This document shows positions 25,586 to 35,112 of a stretch of 64,000 bases of DNA, one piece after another. The stretch is from a virus: IMG/VR virus record IMGVR_UViG_3300031521_000001. The stretch is one strand, 5' to 3'. The translations under genes were made by a program, and so were the position numbers. Each line of letters begins with the position of its first letter. The first letter of the stretch is position 1. The notes under the pieces were generated by a model. It made no database searches. It was not told the origin of the DNA and worked only from the letters and a program-made list of their open reading frames with translations.

Positions 25586-26097
25586 GATATTTAAAAAAAT
25601 TTGAAAAATATAATGCATCTTTAGATTTAAATTATATTTTAGAAGATGATGTATATAGTGATTCAGATGCAATAAAATTATTAAAAAAAGTGAAATATGC
25701 TATTGACAATGATTGTGTTATTGATAATATTAATATACATTGGATGGAAAGAACTCCTTTAATTACATGCGCTGTTTTAGACTGTCATATAAAAACCCAG
25801 TCTAAATATAGAAATATATTTGAGCAAATAGCAAAAGAACTAATTAATTCAGGAGCTAATATAAATCATATAGATAAAGATAACAGAAGTGCTTTAATAT
25901 GGGCTACAGATAGAGGACATTTTGATGTAATGGAACTATTAATTGAAAATGGCGCAGATTGGAATATTATGGATGTATTCCATCATGAATTTCATGAATA
26001 TTTGAGTGATGAACATTTTGAAAAAATTATTCATAAATATCCAGAACAATATGAATTGTATAACATGAAAAACAACACGAACAAATTCAATTTATGA
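25582..26097 (+). CDS. ankyrin-repeat protein in family A frame
   Basis: ELINSGANINHIDKDNRSALIWATDRGHFDVMELLIENGADWN. Confidence 0.8.
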   Translation: MRYLKKFEKYNASLDLNYILEDDVYSDSDAIKLLKKVKYAIDNDCVIDNINIHWMERTPLITCAVLDCHIKTQSKYRNIFEQIAKELINSGANINHIDKDNRSALIWATDRGHFDVMELLIENGADWNIMDVFHHEFHEYLSDEHFEKIIHKYPEQYELYNMKNNTNKFNL

Positions 26098-26585
26098 AAC
26101 ATATAAAAACATATACTCAGAAAGAATTGGATGATAATTTGTTGAAATATTCAGCAAAACAGGCATCTTTGCAAAAAGTAAGAGAATTGATAACAGATGG
26201 AGCTAACGTTAATTGTTTTGATCGTATCAGATATAACACGCCATTAATTAACGCATCACAACAACTAAATTATAGTACAATTAAATTGTTAATAGAAAAT
26301 GGTGCTGATATAAATTTAGTAAATAAAAACAATAAAAATTGTATATTTTATATTGTTAATCAAAACACATATACTTATACTAAATATAAAAATAAAATTA
26401 ATAATATAATTGATTTATTAATTTCATCTGGAATAAATTTAAACAATAAAAATAAAAGTGATGTTGATATTTTTGATAATATTCAAGAATCAAATCCTTT
26501 TATTCTTCAATATATAATAGATAATTATCCAGAAGAATACAAAGAATATTTAATGAAAAAAACTGCAAACAAATTTAACTTATGA
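26094..26585 (+). CDS. ankyrin-repeat protein in family A frame
   Basis: LITDGANVNCFD...NTPLINASQQLNYSTIKLLIENGADINLVNKNN. Confidence 0.8.
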   Translation: MKHIKTYTQKELDDNLLKYSAKQASLQKVRELITDGANVNCFDRIRYNTPLINASQQLNYSTIKLLIENGADINLVNKNNKNCIFYIVNQNTYTYTKYKNKINNIIDLLISSGINLNNKNKSDVDIFDNIQESNPFILQYIIDNYPEEYKEYLMKKTANKFNL

Positions 26586-26902
26586 AATATATTAAAGCAT
26601 ATGAAACAGTTGAAGTCTGGAACGATAATAAAAGGATAAAAACATATGATTCATCAGAATACGAATTAAGTGATTATGTGATTTTGAATAAGCTTTATTT
26701 TCCAGATATAAGTGATAATTACACATATCTTATAGGTAAAATAATAGACATTTCAGAAAATAATAATATGTTTTATTGGGTTATTAAATTACCAGATAAA
26801 AAAGTAGTATGGACTGGAGATTATGAAATACATAAAACTATAACAAAAGAAGAATATGAAACGCTAGAAATAAAAAATTCATCAGATAAATATAATATAT
26901 AA
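26582..26902 (+). CDS. family A-related small protein (MKYIKAYE...SDKYNI)
   Basis: array IV. Confidence 0.7.
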   Translation: MKYIKAYETVEVWNDNKRIKTYDSSEYELSDYVILNKLYFPDISDNYTYLIGKIIDISENNNMFYWVIKLPDKKVVWTGDYEIHKTITKEEYETLEIKNSSDKYNI

Positions 26903-26906
26903 GAAT

Positions 26907-27239
26907 ATGATAAGTAAATATAATGACTTCATTTTAGAAAATAAATATGAAGATGAACGTGAAGATGTCACAGGTAAAGTTAACAGAAGTAAAAAGTTAT
27001 CGAAAGAAATGAAGGAAAAAATATTACCTTTGATTATTCCTGGTAATACAAAATACAAAAATGGTAGAATTTTTGATTTACATATACCTAAAATCGAAGG
27101 TAAATCATTTAAATTAGTAAGCTTAGGTGCAGATAAAAATGGATTTTTTGTATTTACTCATAGAGCAAGATGTAAATCTAAACCAAATATTGAAGATATT
27201 CCAAATAAAGATATTGAATTTATTGAAACAACAGGATAA
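26907..27239 (+). CDS. hypothetical basic protein
   Basis: ORF, no family termini. Confidence 0.6.
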   Translation: MISKYNDFILENKYEDEREDVTGKVNRSKKLSKEMKEKILPLIIPGNTKYKNGRIFDLHIPKIEGKSFKLVSLGADKNGFFVFTHRARCKSKPNIEDIPNKDIEFIETTG

Positions 27240-27257
27240 TAAAATAATATATAGAAT

Positions 27258-27476
27258 ATGAAAATTAAAAAATTTAAAGAATTAAATGAAGCTGATACTA
27301 ATCAGATACCAGGTACATCATTAGATAAATATTATTCTTATTATAAAAGATGGTGTGATGAAAATGGATTTGAATATAATTTTAAAGATATATCAGAAGA
27401 TGAAATTATTGAGATAGCAAAAAAATACGCTGATGATAATAATTTACCGAATATGACATATTACAGAAATGATTAA
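27258..27476 (+). CDS. hypothetical small protein
   Basis: ORF followed by a hairpin. Confidence 0.6.
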   Translation: MKIKKFKELNEADTNQIPGTSLDKYYSYYKRWCDENGFEYNFKDISEDEIIEIAKKYADDNNLPNMTYYRND

Positions 27477-27490
27477 TATATTTAACAATA

Positions 27491-27523
27491 AAAAAATGAA
27501 TTATTTATTATAATTCATTTTTT
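27491..27523. terminator. hairpin aaaaaatgaattat-ttatt-ataattcatttttt
   Basis: 9-bp core stem extended by A/T-run pairing. Confidence 0.6.
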
Positions 27524-27558
27524 TTGATTATATTCGTAGATAAAAATAAATAGATAAA

Positions 27559-27741
27559 ATGACAAAAATATTAGATATTATAAATAAATTATTCTTATTT
27601 TTTGCTTTGCTTTGGTTAGCCTTATCATTGTGTGTAATAATTATATTATCATTAATTAAAACTTTTTTGAGAATAACATATAAATCAATTAAGAATAAAA
27701 TCAAAAGAAAAAATGAAAAAAAAATTACTATGGTTGGATGA
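27559..27741 (+). CDS. possible small transmembrane protein
   Basis: hydrophobic core LFLFFALLWLALSLCVIIILSLI; overlaps the next gene by 29 nt; the alternative minus ORF 27528..27755 is also hydrophobic, so strand is uncertain. Confidence 0.3.
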   Translation: MTKILDIINKLFLFFALLWLALSLCVIIILSLIKTFLRITYKSIKNKIKRKNEKKITMVG

Positions 27742-28051
27742 TTCTCGTAATCCATTAGAAAATGATTGGTTAGTTTTTAGTCCAATTGGAAAAGATGTAG
27801 AAGTGAGTTGGGTTATGACTCAAACTGAATTTGAAGATTGTATTATGATTAATGGATTACCTGATGCAATATGTTTTGATCATGACTTGGGTACAGGTAA
27901 TGGTGATGGATATGAGTGTGCCAAATGGTTATGTAGATACTGTGACAACAAAAAATTAAAACTACCTTTATATGCTATGCAATCAGCTAATACAGTAGGA
28001 AGAGAAAATATTGATTGCTATTTAAAAAATTATATGAAACACTGCTATTAA
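27713..28051 (+). CDS. stand-alone receiver (CheY-like/cREC-like) domain protein
   Basis: KKLLWLDDSRNP ... AICFDHDLGTGNGDGYECAKWL pattern resembles REC-fold phospho-acceptor and cyclic-phosphate-processing receiver domains. Confidence 0.45.
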   Translation: MKKKLLWLDDSRNPLENDWLVFSPIGKDVEVSWVMTQTEFEDCIMINGLPDAICFDHDLGTGNGDGYECAKWLCRYCDNKKLKLPLYAMQSANTVGRENIDCYLKNYMKHCY

Positions 28052-28055
28052 TATT

Positions 28056-28253
28056 ATGAAAAACGAAAAAGAAAAAGAAATAAAGGATTTTGAAAAATGG
28101 AGAATAAAAGAAGAATTAACTCTTCAAATTTTGATTGGATTAAATAAATCAATTGAAGATTTTAAATCTACTACAATTGAAGGATATAAACCAACAAATA
28201 AAGATATAAATTCTGTTCTAAGTACAATTTTAAGCAAAAGGTTAAATAAATAA
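28056..28253 (+). CDS. hypothetical small protein
   Basis: ORF followed by a hairpin. Confidence 0.55.
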   Translation: MKNEKEKEIKDFEKWRIKEELTLQILIGLNKSIEDFKSTTIEGYKPTNKDINSVLSTILSKRLNK

Positions 28254-28254
28254 A

Positions 28255-28286
28255 AAAAGAGTTATGATTTAAATCATAACTCTTTT
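28255..28286. terminator. perfect 32-bp palindrome aaaagagttatgattt/aaatcataactctttt between convergent genes
   Basis: perfect inverted repeat. Confidence 0.7.
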
Positions 28287-28290
28287 ATTT

Positions 28291-29013
28291 TTATTTCTGA
28301 AATGATGGTTTCAGCCACATTTTTGTGTGTTTAAAAATATAATCTCTTAATTCTGGAAATTCATTCAGCATCAAAATTGTTTTTAATGTATCATACTTAA
28401 AACACTTTGTAAGTTCATCTTGAATTCTTTCATTAGAAACTACTTTCATTTTTGATTCATAATCATAATTTTTGATAGCGATTTCAATATCATCAGTCAT
28501 TCTGAATCCTTTTGTGATACAAAAACGGACGCATCTCAAAATCCGTAGGCTGTCCTCATCAAATGTAAGTTCACATGGTCTTGGAGTTCTAAGAATTCCC
28601 ATTTTTAAATCTTTCACACCATCAAACAAGTCAATCAAAGTACCATTCTCATCAACAGCCATAGCATTTAATGTGAAATCACGTCTTATTAAATCATCTT
28701 CTAGTGTACCAAGTTCTAAAATTGGACGTCTTGTACCTTCATAATAGCCAATTTCCTTTCTTGCCATTACAAAATCTGCTGTCAATCCTTCATGCTTATG
28801 TCCTTTTGGAAATTTTGCTTTGATAGTAAAACATCTTGGTGTTGAATTGTATATAGTGTAACCATTTTTACGTAGCCATAACTCCATATCCATAAATCCA
28901 GATTCAACTGATTGATTCATATCATCTAATACAAAAGTAAAGTCAATGTCTTTACAATCAACTCCTAAAATACGGTCACGAACCGCTCCTCCCACTTCAT
29001 AAATTTTTGGCAT
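28291..29013 (-). CDS. nucleotidyltransferase, tRNA CCA-adding/poly(A) polymerase head domain (Pol-beta superfamily)
   Basis: motifs GGAVRDRILG...DIDF and RRDFTLNAM. Confidence 0.8.
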   Translation of the reverse strand: MPKIYEVGGAVRDRILGVDCKDIDFTFVLDDMNQSVESGFMDMELWLRKNGYTIYNSTPRCFTIKAKFPKGHKHEGLTADFVMARKEIGYYEGTRRPILELGTLEDDLIRRDFTLNAMAVDENGTLIDLFDGVKDLKMGILRTPRPCELTFDEDSLRILRCVRFCITKGFRMTDDIEIAIKNYDYESKMKVVSNERIQDELTKCFKYDTLKTILMLNEFPELRDYIFKHTKMWLKPSFQK

Positions 29014-29085
29014 ATTTTTATTTTTATTTAATTCTCACAAAGATATGGAGAATAATTGATACTAGCAAATCTTTAAGTTAAAAAA

Positions 29086-29649
29086 TCAATCTATAGGTAA
29101 TCCACCAAAAGTCTTTTGAGCCCATACAGCTAATGAGTGTCTTTCGGAATCTGTGTAATTATTAACATGGTTGTGGTAGTAATTATAAGTTTTAACTTCC
29201 TCAGCATATCTTCTATCTTCTATTTCCGATTTTAAAGTACTGTTAACTTCTATACCTTTTATATTATTGTGATTGAGTAACGTTTCTAGTATTGAAGTTT
29301 TAATATCTTCTAACTTGTAATCCTTAATTACAGAACCTATTACAATAGGTAACCTCTTTGTATTATCCAATACTGAATTGAGTGTGTTTGGATCAGTAAA
29401 CTTTAAATATACATAAGCCCCATACATATCAATATCTAAGTTATACATGTCAAATAGTATTACGTTCTTGGAACAATAATTACCATGACAAAGAAGAGAA
29501 TGTAAACTAATATGATTCTCATGAAGACAATACCTATCATCTAGTGATAACTCTTTTAATACTTTCTCAAAATATTCAGGAGTAGTTTTCTTATCTTGAA
29601 CTGCCTGATGGACAATTCCTGCATTAGGGTGATATTTGTAATCTCTCAT
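29086..29649 (-). CDS. hypothetical protein (weak phosphotransferase-like HGNYCSKNVIL segment)
   Basis: 187-aa ORF between the NTase and Pnkp genes. Confidence 0.65.
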   Translation of the reverse strand: MRDYKYHPNAGIVHQAVQDKKTTPEYFEKVLKELSLDDRYCLHENHISLHSLLCHGNYCSKNVILFDMYNLDIDMYGAYVYLKFTDPNTLNSVLDNTKRLPIVIGSVIKDYKLEDIKTSILETLLNHNNIKGIEVNSTLKSEIEDRRYAEEVKTYNYYHNHVNNYTDSERHSLAVWAQKTFGGLPID

Positions 29650-29654
29650 GATTT

Positions 29655-29885
29655 TTATTTTTTATATTTTTTAAACCACATACTGTAAATCGAATATATA
29701 TACACACTTAGAAGAAACAAAATAAACACACCTAGTATAATACAAATACTAGTAAAATCTACATTATGATTATTTATATTTGAATTATAAATTATCATAA
29801 TAACTTTAATTGACATTGAAATAAGATACATATACATAGCTGATACTGCTATTGTACCGAAAATTTTAAAAAATTTAATGTTCAT
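29655..29885 (-). CDS. small two-TM membrane protein
   Basis: hydrophobic ORF. Confidence 0.55.
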   Translation of the reverse strand: MNIKFFKIFGTIAVSAMYMYLISMSIKVIMIIYNSNINNHNVDFTSICIILGVFILFLLSVYIYSIYSMWFKKYKK

Positions 29886-30048
29886 ATCTTTTTTTATTTA
29901 TATGTTTATCTTCTATTTTATCAGCGAATTCATTAATATCTTCTGATAATGCTATTAATAAGAAGCCTATTAATATAACACAAGTAAAAATACCAATGAA
30001 GCCTATTAATAAAGCTAATAATCTCAATAATGTTATTATGAATCTCAT
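29875..30048 (-). CDS. small membrane protein, 57 aa (MRFIITLLRLLALLIGFIGIFTCVILIGFLLIALSEDINEFADKIEDKHINKKRYEH); below the 60-aa track cutoff
   Basis: translated by hand; ATG at 30046-30048, TAA at 29875-29877; third of three consecutive small TM ORFs. Confidence 0.35.
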   Translation of the reverse strand: MRFIITLLRLLALLIGFIGIFTCVILIGFLLIALSEDINEFADKIEDKHINKKRYEH

Positions 30049-30059
30049 ATTATTTTTTT

Positions 30060-30293
30060 TTATTTTTTTAATATCTTATATGAAAAAATTAATATTATAA
30101 TAATTAAAAAAAGAGTGATAATTGTTCCTATTCCAAAAAAAATATAATTCTCTATACATTTATTTAATGAATAATAATTAACATCATATAGATAATGTGT
30201 CATTTTAATTCCATCAATTATATAATATAACATGTATCCGTATCCAATCAATAACAAAAAATTAAAAACTATATTAAAAATTTTTTTCACCAT
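30060..30293 (-). CDS. small two-TM membrane protein
   Basis: hydrophobic ORF. Confidence 0.55.
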   Translation of the reverse strand: MVKKIFNIVFNFLLLIGYGYMLYYIIDGIKMTHYLYDVNYYSLNKCIENYIFFGIGTIITLFLIIIILIFSYKILKK

Positions 30294-30301
30294 AATATTA
30301 T

Positions 30302-30574
30302 TTATAGTTTAAATACATAACCTTCTGGAAACTTCTTTCTACATTCTGAACCAACTCCCATAACCCATGCATTATCATAAGTTTCTTTATCATCTGCTTT
30401 ATACATTCCACCACCAAATATTGAATTGATGAAATATTTTGGCTCTTTTAATATTCTACCGCAACATGGACAATGATCCATATTCATACTATCTGCTTTA
30501 TCAGCATTAGAATAATATAAATCAAGATTCTCAATTGTAGGAATACTAATAATATCTTCAGGTTCTTTATTCAT
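30302..30574 (-). CDS. small zinc-binding protein (HCPCCG...GSECRKKF)
   Basis: Cys/His cluster. Confidence 0.6.
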   Translation of the reverse strand: MNKEPEDIISIPTIENLDLYYSNADKADSMNMDHCPCCGRILKEPKYFINSIFGGGMYKADDKETYDNAWVMGVGSECRKKFPEGYVFKL

Positions 30575-30613
30575 ATAGTTGATTATTTATAATTACAATA
30601 CAAAGGTATATAA

Positions 30614-30642
30614 AAAGCCTTGAATAAAAAATATTCAAGACT
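30614..30642. terminator. hairpin agccttgaata-aaaaa-tattcaagact (one mismatch)
   Basis: inverted repeat between tandem minus-strand genes. Confidence 0.45.
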
Positions 30643-30666
30643 TTATTTAATATATTTTAATACTAA

Positions 30667-31605
30667 TTAGAAAAAATTGGAAGCGTCAACATATTTGAAT
30701 CCACATCTTTTAGCGAATGTTTTATCACTTGTCAAATCTCCAACCATTGTACATTGTGATGAGTCAAGTTTATATTTTTCAATAAAATCTACACCTAATC
30801 CTACACCTGGTTTTCTACAATAACAAATTATTGGAGGTACTGAATGTCCACAATATTTATAATCAATATTAACTCCTAACATTTCATTTGTTTTTTCAAA
30901 ACAAGCTATTGCAGTTTCATGAGTTAATAAGCCTTTTGCTATACCGCTTTGATTTGAAACCCCTAGTAGTATATAACCTTGTTTCTGTAATTCTAAAAGT
31001 TTTTCTGTTCTACCAGGAATAATTTCTATATCATTCACATCAGTAGGGAAATGTCCTCCACTTTTAGTTACTCTTAAAGTACCGTCATAATCAAATAAAA
31101 TAGCTTTATTTGTATATTCTGATGGTTTACGTTTAAAATCAATTTTTTCTATATCATCAATTCCTTCTGATAGTTCTGGTGCTTCAAAATGTTTATTAAT
31201 TTTATAAAGTGCTGCAACAGGAAACATATGTGGATCATTAACTTTAGAATAATCACTTAAATTTGTAAACAACCTACCTTGAGTTTTTATCATTCTGGTA
31301 ACAGCATTGAACATACAATCTTCAATTTTTGTTGTGAAATAAAGACACAATACATAGTAGCCATATTTTTTTGCTAATGCAATAGCATCAGCCCTAGATA
31401 ACTTAGTAGAATATGTACCATCTAAGATAATATCTACTCCATCTATCATCAAGTTTTCAAGTTTTTTGTTGAGTGAACTTAATGTACCACCTTCAATATC
31501 TCTTGAAAGTAATGTACACTTATAATCAACCCATTTTTCAACAATACTTGATTTTCCTGCTGCTGGTAATCCACAAGTTATAACTAATTTTTTATCTTTT
31601 ATCAT
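30667..31605 (-). CDS. pnkp: polynucleotide 5'-kinase / 3'-phosphatase (T4 Pnkp-like)
   Basis: N-terminal P-loop ITCGLPAAGKSS; C-terminal HAD phosphatase motifs ILFDYDGTL (DxDGT), LLGVSNQSG, VGDLTSD. Confidence 0.85.
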   Translation of the reverse strand: MIKDKKLVITCGLPAAGKSSIVEKWVDYKCTLLSRDIEGGTLSSLNKKLENLMIDGVDIILDGTYSTKLSRADAIALAKKYGYYVLCLYFTTKIEDCMFNAVTRMIKTQGRLFTNLSDYSKVNDPHMFPVAALYKINKHFEAPELSEGIDDIEKIDFKRKPSEYTNKAILFDYDGTLRVTKSGGHFPTDVNDIEIIPGRTEKLLELQKQGYILLGVSNQSGIAKGLLTHETAIACFEKTNEMLGVNIDYKYCGHSVPPIICYCRKPGVGLGVDFIEKYKLDSSQCTMVGDLTSDKTFAKRCGFKYVDASNFF

Positions 31606-31936
31606 TTTTTGATATTTTTTTTATAAAATCACAATATTCTAACCACATCACACTTGAAACATCAGTAGAATATCCTATATCCTTATATGACTTTATAAAT
31701 AATTCTTCAGTTATTTTGTCAGAAATTTCGTTTTTATATATAATATTAGTTGTTAATCTATCAAGATGCTCCCTGGCATATGATAATATTCTTTGTTTTA
31801 CGAATTTACTTTTTTGTTCTTGTAATTCTTCTTCTGTTTCTAAAATTTCAGTCTTAGTTGTTTTTGAAGTATGGCCTTCATATGTTTTCATGTCACCTCC
31901 CCAGTGTTCAATCAACATTTTACCAAATGCACCCAT
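31592..31936 (-). CDS. hypothetical protein
   Basis: 114-aa ORF overlapping the Pnkp start by 14 nt. Confidence 0.6.
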   Translation of the reverse strand: MGAFGKMLIEHWGGDMKTYEGHTSKTTKTEILETEEELQEQKSKFVKQRILSYAREHLDRLTTNIIYKNEISDKITEELFIKSYKDIGYSTDVSSVMWLEYCDFIKKISKNDKR

Positions 31937-31948
31937 ATTTATTACTAT

Positions 31949-33160
31949 TTAATATCTATAATTATTCCATTTATCATTTTCATCTACAATTTTTCCATTG
32001 TTATCATAATAATAGTTATTAATAATTACATAAGTAGATAATCCTAATGATACTATAAGTATAATAATAAATAACCAAATTTGCTGTGTTCCACTTAAAT
32101 CTACATCAATATAATCAAAATCTTTAAATTGCTTTCTTTGCCAGTATTTTGGTATATTGCTTTCTGTCCAATTTGCTAATTCTTCTAGATTTAATTTATC
32201 TTTACCATTATAGTAACTTCTAAAATTAACTTCAAATGTTGGTTTATCACTCCATGAGAATGCATCTACCCACTGTAGTTTTTTTGATACTGAGTCCATA
32301 CCAAAACATAATATGAGTTCATTCTTATTACCACCTAACCAATAGCTTTGTTGTTCTTTTACTATTGAACGAGATTTATTATAATAAAACATTAAAAATA
32401 CTCTTATCTGATTTCTTGGACCATAATAGCCATTGATATATTGCCAAGATTTCAATTCTTTTAATGTTGGTTTATAACCTAAAAAAGGAGATTGCTCAGT
32501 TGTACTGCTTCCTGAAAACATACCACTATCACCATCATTATTTGAATATAATTTTGGATAATCATATAATCCATCTATTTTTGCATCCTCTTTAGAAATT
32601 TTTGAAAATCCAAATATAGAATATGAACTATTTATTTTATTCGTGTATGTATGTTCAGTTGTTATTGTTTTTGAACTATAAATATTATTGTCCCATTTGA
32701 TATTATACATATTACCATCATGATTATAAAAATCTCTGTTCATATCTACAAATATTTTTTGAGCATTCCAAGATTTCAACAATCTATAATATTCATTTTT
32801 TGAGATTTCTTGCTCTTTACCATTTGATAATACTTGTGACCAATGTTCAGGATGATCGTCTCTATGAGAACAATCATATGATTCACTGTGAGATTTACCA
32901 TTACCATCATCTACTGTTCTTGAACAAGTTTCTGTAATCCATTCATCCCAAAATTCATAATAATGTGCCTCAGTAACATAGTTACCAAAATACTCAGTTG
33001 CTTGTGTCTTACTATGAATCATTATAGTACTAATAAGTAAAGTTAGTAATATAGATGGTACAATAACAATGAGATATTCCCACCAAACAACTTTTGTTCT
33101 GAAAAAAATAAAAATTAAGATAGCAATTAAAATTGGAATGAAATAAATGAATGTTGTCAT
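31949..33160 (-). CDS. membrane protein with N- and C-terminal TM helices and a Cys-containing ectodomain
   Basis: 403-aa ORF; TM helices at both ends. Confidence 0.75.
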   Translation of the reverse strand: MTTFIYFIPILIAILIFIFFRTKVVWWEYLIVIVPSILLTLLISTIMIHSKTQATEYFGNYVTEAHYYEFWDEWITETCSRTVDDGNGKSHSESYDCSHRDDHPEHWSQVLSNGKEQEISKNEYYRLLKSWNAQKIFVDMNRDFYNHDGNMYNIKWDNNIYSSKTITTEHTYTNKINSSYSIFGFSKISKEDAKIDGLYDYPKLYSNNDGDSGMFSGSSTTEQSPFLGYKPTLKELKSWQYINGYYGPRNQIRVFLMFYYNKSRSIVKEQQSYWLGGNKNELILCFGMDSVSKKLQWVDAFSWSDKPTFEVNFRSYYNGKDKLNLEELANWTESNIPKYWQRKQFKDFDYIDVDLSGTQQIWLFIIILIVSLGLSTYVIINNYYYDNNGKIVDENDKWNNYRY

Positions 33161-33184
33161 AATTTTAAAATTTTAGTTTTTAAA

Positions 33185-33604
33185 TTAAATATATTTATTT
33201 TTATGTTCTGAATAATATTTTTTCAATTCTTCAAAAGATTTCATATCTTTGTGAATAACACATCTTTTATAAGATTGTAATTCTGATAAAGAAAAATCGG
33301 AGAATTCATTATTTGGTATAAATTCATATTCATTATTCTCATTTAATTTCAAATACTTCTCTAAATATTCATCTCCATCCATAAACCAATGATCAACAGA
33401 TGATGAAAAACTAACACTTGAAATATTATATTTTTCTTTTTCTTCTCCATCAAATACAATTTTACAGAAATCGTACCAGTCAATCAAAGGATTACCAGTA
33501 TCAAATCTCATTTCTTTCTTATCACCATAATATAGAATAAGAGCCACATATGATGATTGTAATGAATCATCATAATCTACAGTTAAAAATCCAGAGTTAT
33601 CCAT
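33185..33604 (-). CDS. hypothetical acidic protein
   Basis: ORF. Confidence 0.65.
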   Translation of the reverse strand: MDNSGFLTVDYDDSLQSSYVALILYYGDKKEMRFDTGNPLIDWYDFCKIVFDGEEKEKYNISSVSFSSSVDHWFMDGDEYLEKYLKLNENNEYEFIPNNEFSDFSLSELQSYKRCVIHKDMKSFEELKKYYSEHKNKYI

Positions 33605-33640
33605 ATTGATTGAGTTTTAAATTGTGTACAAAGATAATAA

Positions 33641-33676
33641 AAAAAAGTCACTTATATACAAATAAGTGACTTTTTT
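33641..33676. terminator. hairpin aaaaaagtcacttat-atacaa-ataagtgactttttt
   Basis: 15-bp perfect stem between tandem minus-strand genes. Confidence 0.65.
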
Positions 33677-33695
33677 TAAATAAATTTAATTTTTA

Positions 33696-34235
33696 TTATA
33701 GAGAAATCTCATTATCATCTACTCGAGTCTTCATTACTTCTTTTGTTACTGAGCAAGAAATTGGAACATATACAAATTGTTTAGAATTTTCTTTTGTTAC
33801 AAACCATTTTGCTGGTATTTGAGTTATATATGTATCATAATCACGTTTCATATCAATCATTCTTTTTTGCTGATTAGCGAAGTTTGTACGTTGAATTTCA
33901 ATACTATTCATTAAAGTTACATAGAGAGTATTATCAAATTTAGGATTAGATTCTTGAATCCATTTCATTAATGTACCATCACCTTTTGAATAACGTCCAC
34001 CAATCATATCAGTATAAATTTTATCAAAATTGTCTGCATATGCTGCAGGAACTTTTGCTTGATCTTTAAGAATTGTCCACATTTCATTATGAACTGCTTC
34101 AATGTTACCGTTCTGCGCTCCACAAGCTTTGTACTTTTGAATTGCATTGTTATTTACTGATACATAAGTAAAAAATACTGAAATTGCTAACAGTGCAACA
34201 ATTCCTACAACAGTGAGAATAATAATTTTTTTCAT
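33696..34235 (-). CDS. membrane-anchored protein (N-terminal TM/signal anchor)
   Basis: MKKIIILTVVGIVALLAISVFF. Confidence 0.7.
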   Translation of the reverse strand: MKKIIILTVVGIVALLAISVFFTYVSVNNNAIQKYKACGAQNGNIEAVHNEMWTILKDQAKVPAAYADNFDKIYTDMIGGRYSKGDGTLMKWIQESNPKFDNTLYVTLMNSIEIQRTNFANQQKRMIDMKRDYDTYITQIPAKWFVTKENSKQFVYVPISCSVTKEVMKTRVDDNEISL

Positions 34236-34411
34236 TTTTTTAAAAAATTTTTAATTGTTTTTATTAATATTTATTTGCATTTAGAATTAAAAAGTTCTGA
34301 TATAATTATTTTATTTTACATTTTATTGTTTTTAAATTATATGCAAAGATAATTATAATTATTTATATAAAAAATTATATTTACAATATTTAACAAAAAA
34401 TGTTATAATAT

Positions 34412-35089
34412 TTATTTTATAAATCCAAGTAGTTCTATTAAAAATTCATCTTTACCTTTAATTAATTGAATTGTAGATTCTTTTGCAAAATTTCCTTCAT
34501 ATCCTACGTTATTACGTCCAAAATTTTCATTTTCAATTAATAATGGTAGAATTTCTATTTTAGTTCCAATCCAGAATTCTTTAGTAATTTCAATTTCATT
34601 AAGATATTCTTTAGTTGGAAATTCAGTAGTAGGAATCAACATCTTTCTCAAACTTCTCATTTTAGAATCCCATGATATATCTGCTTTATTATATGTTATT
34701 TTTTTCCATTCATTATTACATTCATTACATTTATTAATTTCAACTGTATCTATACTACCACTAATTGATGAAGAAGATATGAAATTAGGTAAATTTGTTG
34801 ATGATGATGAAGCTTCAATATTACCTTTCAATTGACATATTTTATCAACCACTTTATTGGATTTACATTTTGGACATGTTTCATTTTCGTGCTTGACTCT
34901 TTTATTTTCTTGAATTTCATAATTTGTTTTTTCTTCAAATATTTTATCATTTAAACGCTCACTTTCTATTAAATAAAGTGCATGTAATCTATCATCTTCA
35001 AGTTTTTTAGAAATCTCTTCCTGTTTAACTATATCAGATTTAATTCTATCACGTTCTTTACGTGCACTACTTTTTAAAAAATTCCACAT
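34412..35089 (-). CDS. hypothetical protein with a zinc-ribbon-like CPKC...CNEC
   Basis: 225-aa ORF. Confidence 0.7.
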   Translation of the reverse strand: MWNFLKSSARKERDRIKSDIVKQEEISKKLEDDRLHALYLIESERLNDKIFEEKTNYEIQENKRVKHENETCPKCKSNKVVDKICQLKGNIEASSSSTNLPNFISSSSISGSIDTVEINKCNECNNEWKKITYNKADISWDSKMRSLRKMLIPTTEFPTKEYLNEIEITKEFWIGTKIEILPLLIENENFGRNNVGYEGNFAKESTIQLIKGKDEFLIELLGFIK

Positions 35090-35112
35090 AGTATTTAATT
35101 TTTAGGTTATTT

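Noticed and set aside
28472-28744. Plus ORF 28472..28744
   Set aside because: Antisense to the nucleotidyltransferase gene 28291..29013, which has unambiguous GGxVRD/RRDFT motifs.
29086-29649. Annotating 29086..29649 as a protein kinase or RNA ligase
   Set aside because: The HGNYCSKNVIL segment loosely resembles a kinase catalytic loop, but there is no glycine-rich loop, no DFG motif and no ligase KxDG motif. Left as hypothetical.
31716-31952. Plus ORF 31716..31952
   Set aside because: Antisense to 31592..31936 and overlaps the start of 31949..33160. Hydrophobic, low-complexity translation.
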